From assembly GCA_963767925.1 (NCBI GenBank), contig CAVYGB010000012.1:1-64000 (forward strand): a stretch of DNA of 64,000 bases. Direction: 5' to 3'. The position numbers were made by a program, and so were the translations under genes. This document shows, in pieces, positions 62,533-64,000 of this stretch. Below the pieces are notes generated by a model. It had not been told where the DNA came from and did not search any database. It was given only the letters and a program-made list of their open reading frames with translations. Source of the stretch: an uncultured delta proteobacterium (GTDB lineage Bacteria; Myxococcota_A; Polyangia; Fen-1088). Position 1 is the stretch's first letter. Each line of letters opens with the position of its first letter.

Positions 62533-63873
62533 ATGGGCAAGGTCTCGCGTCGTTATTTCTTCCTGGCGGGCGGGGCCACGTTGGCGGCAGGGTGTGCCGC
62601 GGGCAAGCCGGTCAGCCCGCCGGGGCTGGGGCGGCTCGGCTACCGCTCGCCCAACGAGAAGCTCAACGTCGCCGCCATCGGCGCCGGCGGCAAGGGGGAG
62701 GTCGACATCGGGGCCTGCGCCCGCGAGAACGTGGTCGCCCTGTGCGACATCGACTGGAAGAACGCGAGCAAGACGTTCGACCGCTTCCCCCAGGCCCGCA
62801 AGTACAAGGACTTCCGGCAGATGCTGGACAAGGAGAAGCTGGACGCGGTCACCATCTCCACCGCCGATCACACCCACGCGGTGGCGGCGCTGGCCGCCAT
62901 GCAGCGGGGCCTGCACGTCTACCTGCAAAAGCCCCTCACCCACAACGTGCAGGAGGCGCGGCTGCTGACCGAGGCGGCCCGCAAGTACAAGGTCGCCACC
63001 CAGATGGGCAACCAGGGCCACTCCAACGAGGGGGCCCGCCTGCTGTGCGAGCTGGTCTGGTCGGGGGCCATCGGCGACGTTCGGGAGGTGCACGCCTGGA
63101 CCAACCGCCCGATCTGGCCGCAGGGGATGGCCGGCGCCTTCGCCGGCGAGACCGTGCCCGATCACCTCTCCTGGGATCTGTTTCTGGGGCCCGCCCCGCT
63201 GCGCCCGTACCACCCGGCCTACACGCCCTTCAAGTGGCGCGGCTTCTGGGAGTGGGGCTGCGGCGCCCTCGGCGACATGGCCTGCCACATCCTCGACGGG
63301 GCCAACTGGGCGCTGCAGCTCGGGCAGCCGTCAAGCGTCGAGTGCGTGCGCCAGGAGGGGCGCACCGCCGAGGCCTTCCCCAGCAAGTCCATCGTGCGCT
63401 TCGAGTTCCCCGCCCGCCGGACCATGCCCCCGGTTGTCGTCACCTGGTACGAAGGGGGCCTGCAGCCGCCCCGCCCCGCCGCCGTGCCCGAGGGTCAGAA
63501 GCTGGGCGACGGGAACAACGGCTCGCTGCTGATCGGGGACAAGGGCCTGCTCACCACCGGCACCTACTCGGAGCGGACCCGCCTGCTCCCCGACGAGCGC
63601 ATGGTCGACTTCCAGCCGCCGCCCCAGCTCCTCACCCGCTCGCCCGGGCATTACCAGGACTGGATCCGGGCCTGCAAAGGCGGCGAGCCGGCCTGCGCGA
63701 GCTTCGACTACGCCGGCCCCTTCACCGAGTGGGTCCTGCTCGGCACCATCGCCCAGCGCTTCGAGGGCAAGCTGCTCTGGGACGGCCCCAACATGCGCTT
63801 TTCCAACCGCCCCGAGGCCAACCTGCACCTGACCCGCGCCGCCCGCCCCGGCTGGGAGCTCCCGGCGGTCTGA
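62533..63873 (+). CDS. Gfo/Idh/MocA oxidoreductase with Tat-like signal
   Basis: SRRYF, IGAGGKG, STADHTH, YLQKPL, GALGDMACH. Confidence 0.92.
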   Translation: MGKVSRRYFFLAGGATLAAGCAAGKPVSPPGLGRLGYRSPNEKLNVAAIGAGGKGEVDIGACARENVVALCDIDWKNASKTFDRFPQARKYKDFRQMLDKEKLDAVTISTADHTHAVAALAAMQRGLHVYLQKPLTHNVQEARLLTEAARKYKVATQMGNQGHSNEGARLLCELVWSGAIGDVREVHAWTNRPIWPQGMAGAFAGETVPDHLSWDLFLGPAPLRPYHPAYTPFKWRGFWEWGCGALGDMACHILDGANWALQLGQPSSVECVRQEGRTAEAFPSKSIVRFEFPARRTMPPVVVTWYEGGLQPPRPAAVPEGQKLGDGNNGSLLIGDKGLLTTGTYSERTRLLPDERMVDFQPPPQLLTRSPGHYQDWIRACKGGEPACASFDYAGPFTEWVLLGTIAQRFEGKLLWDGPNMRFSNRPEANLHLTRAARPGWELPAV

Positions 63874-63883
63874 GGGCGCCGCC

Positions 63884-64000
63884 CTGTCGTCCGACGCCGT
63901 CGACGCGGTGGTCATCGGCTCGGGACCGAACGGGCTGGCGGCGGCGGTCCGCCTGGCGGCGGCCGGCGCCTCGGTGCTGGTGCTCGAGGGGGAGGCCGAG
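63884..64000 (+). CDS. FAD-dependent oxidoreductase (phytoene-dehydrogenase-like), partial
   Basis: DAVVIGSGPNGLAAAVRLA...VLVLE Rossmann motif. Runs off the window. Confidence 0.8.
   Translation, partial: MSSDAVDAVVIGSGPNGLAAAVRLAAAGASVLVLEGEAE

Overview
High-GC bacterial chromosome segment. The Gly/Pro-rich lipoproteins, DUF1552/DUF1592 pair, CheB-CheR-kinase fusion and ECF sigma style suggest Myxococcota (inference). No rRNA, tRNA or CRISPR array was found. Layout: (i) 1-17.3 kb is an accessory mosaic with a GNAT toxin-antitoxin pair, truncated or frameshifted relics (transglutaminase-like protein, P450, hemopexin repeats), a TetR/membrane-protein pair with a clear operator, a caspase-like protease, and a decayed SpvB/Rhs toxin with ParB-like tip plus immunity gene. 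(ii) 17.5-48 kb holds mostly ordinary metabolic, secreted and signalling genes, a 90-bp REP-like tandem array, and several single-base frameshifts that may be long-read errors. (iii) 48-57.3 kb holds a second TA pair, nested IS remnants, a lower-GC three-gene membrane cargo, and a RIT recombinase end abutting an IS21 remnant. (iv) 57.6-64 kb holds a NitT/TauT-type ABC transporter, a HAD phosphatase and oxidoreductases. The best candidate novel system is 57628-59172 (-): an ECF sigma factor fused through a Ser/Thr repeat linker and one TM helix to a GT51 peptidoglycan transglycosylase domain in which both conserved glutamates are Gln. It may be a one-component, catalytically dead cell-wall/lipid II sensor. 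All family calls come from motif recognition by eye; no searches were run.
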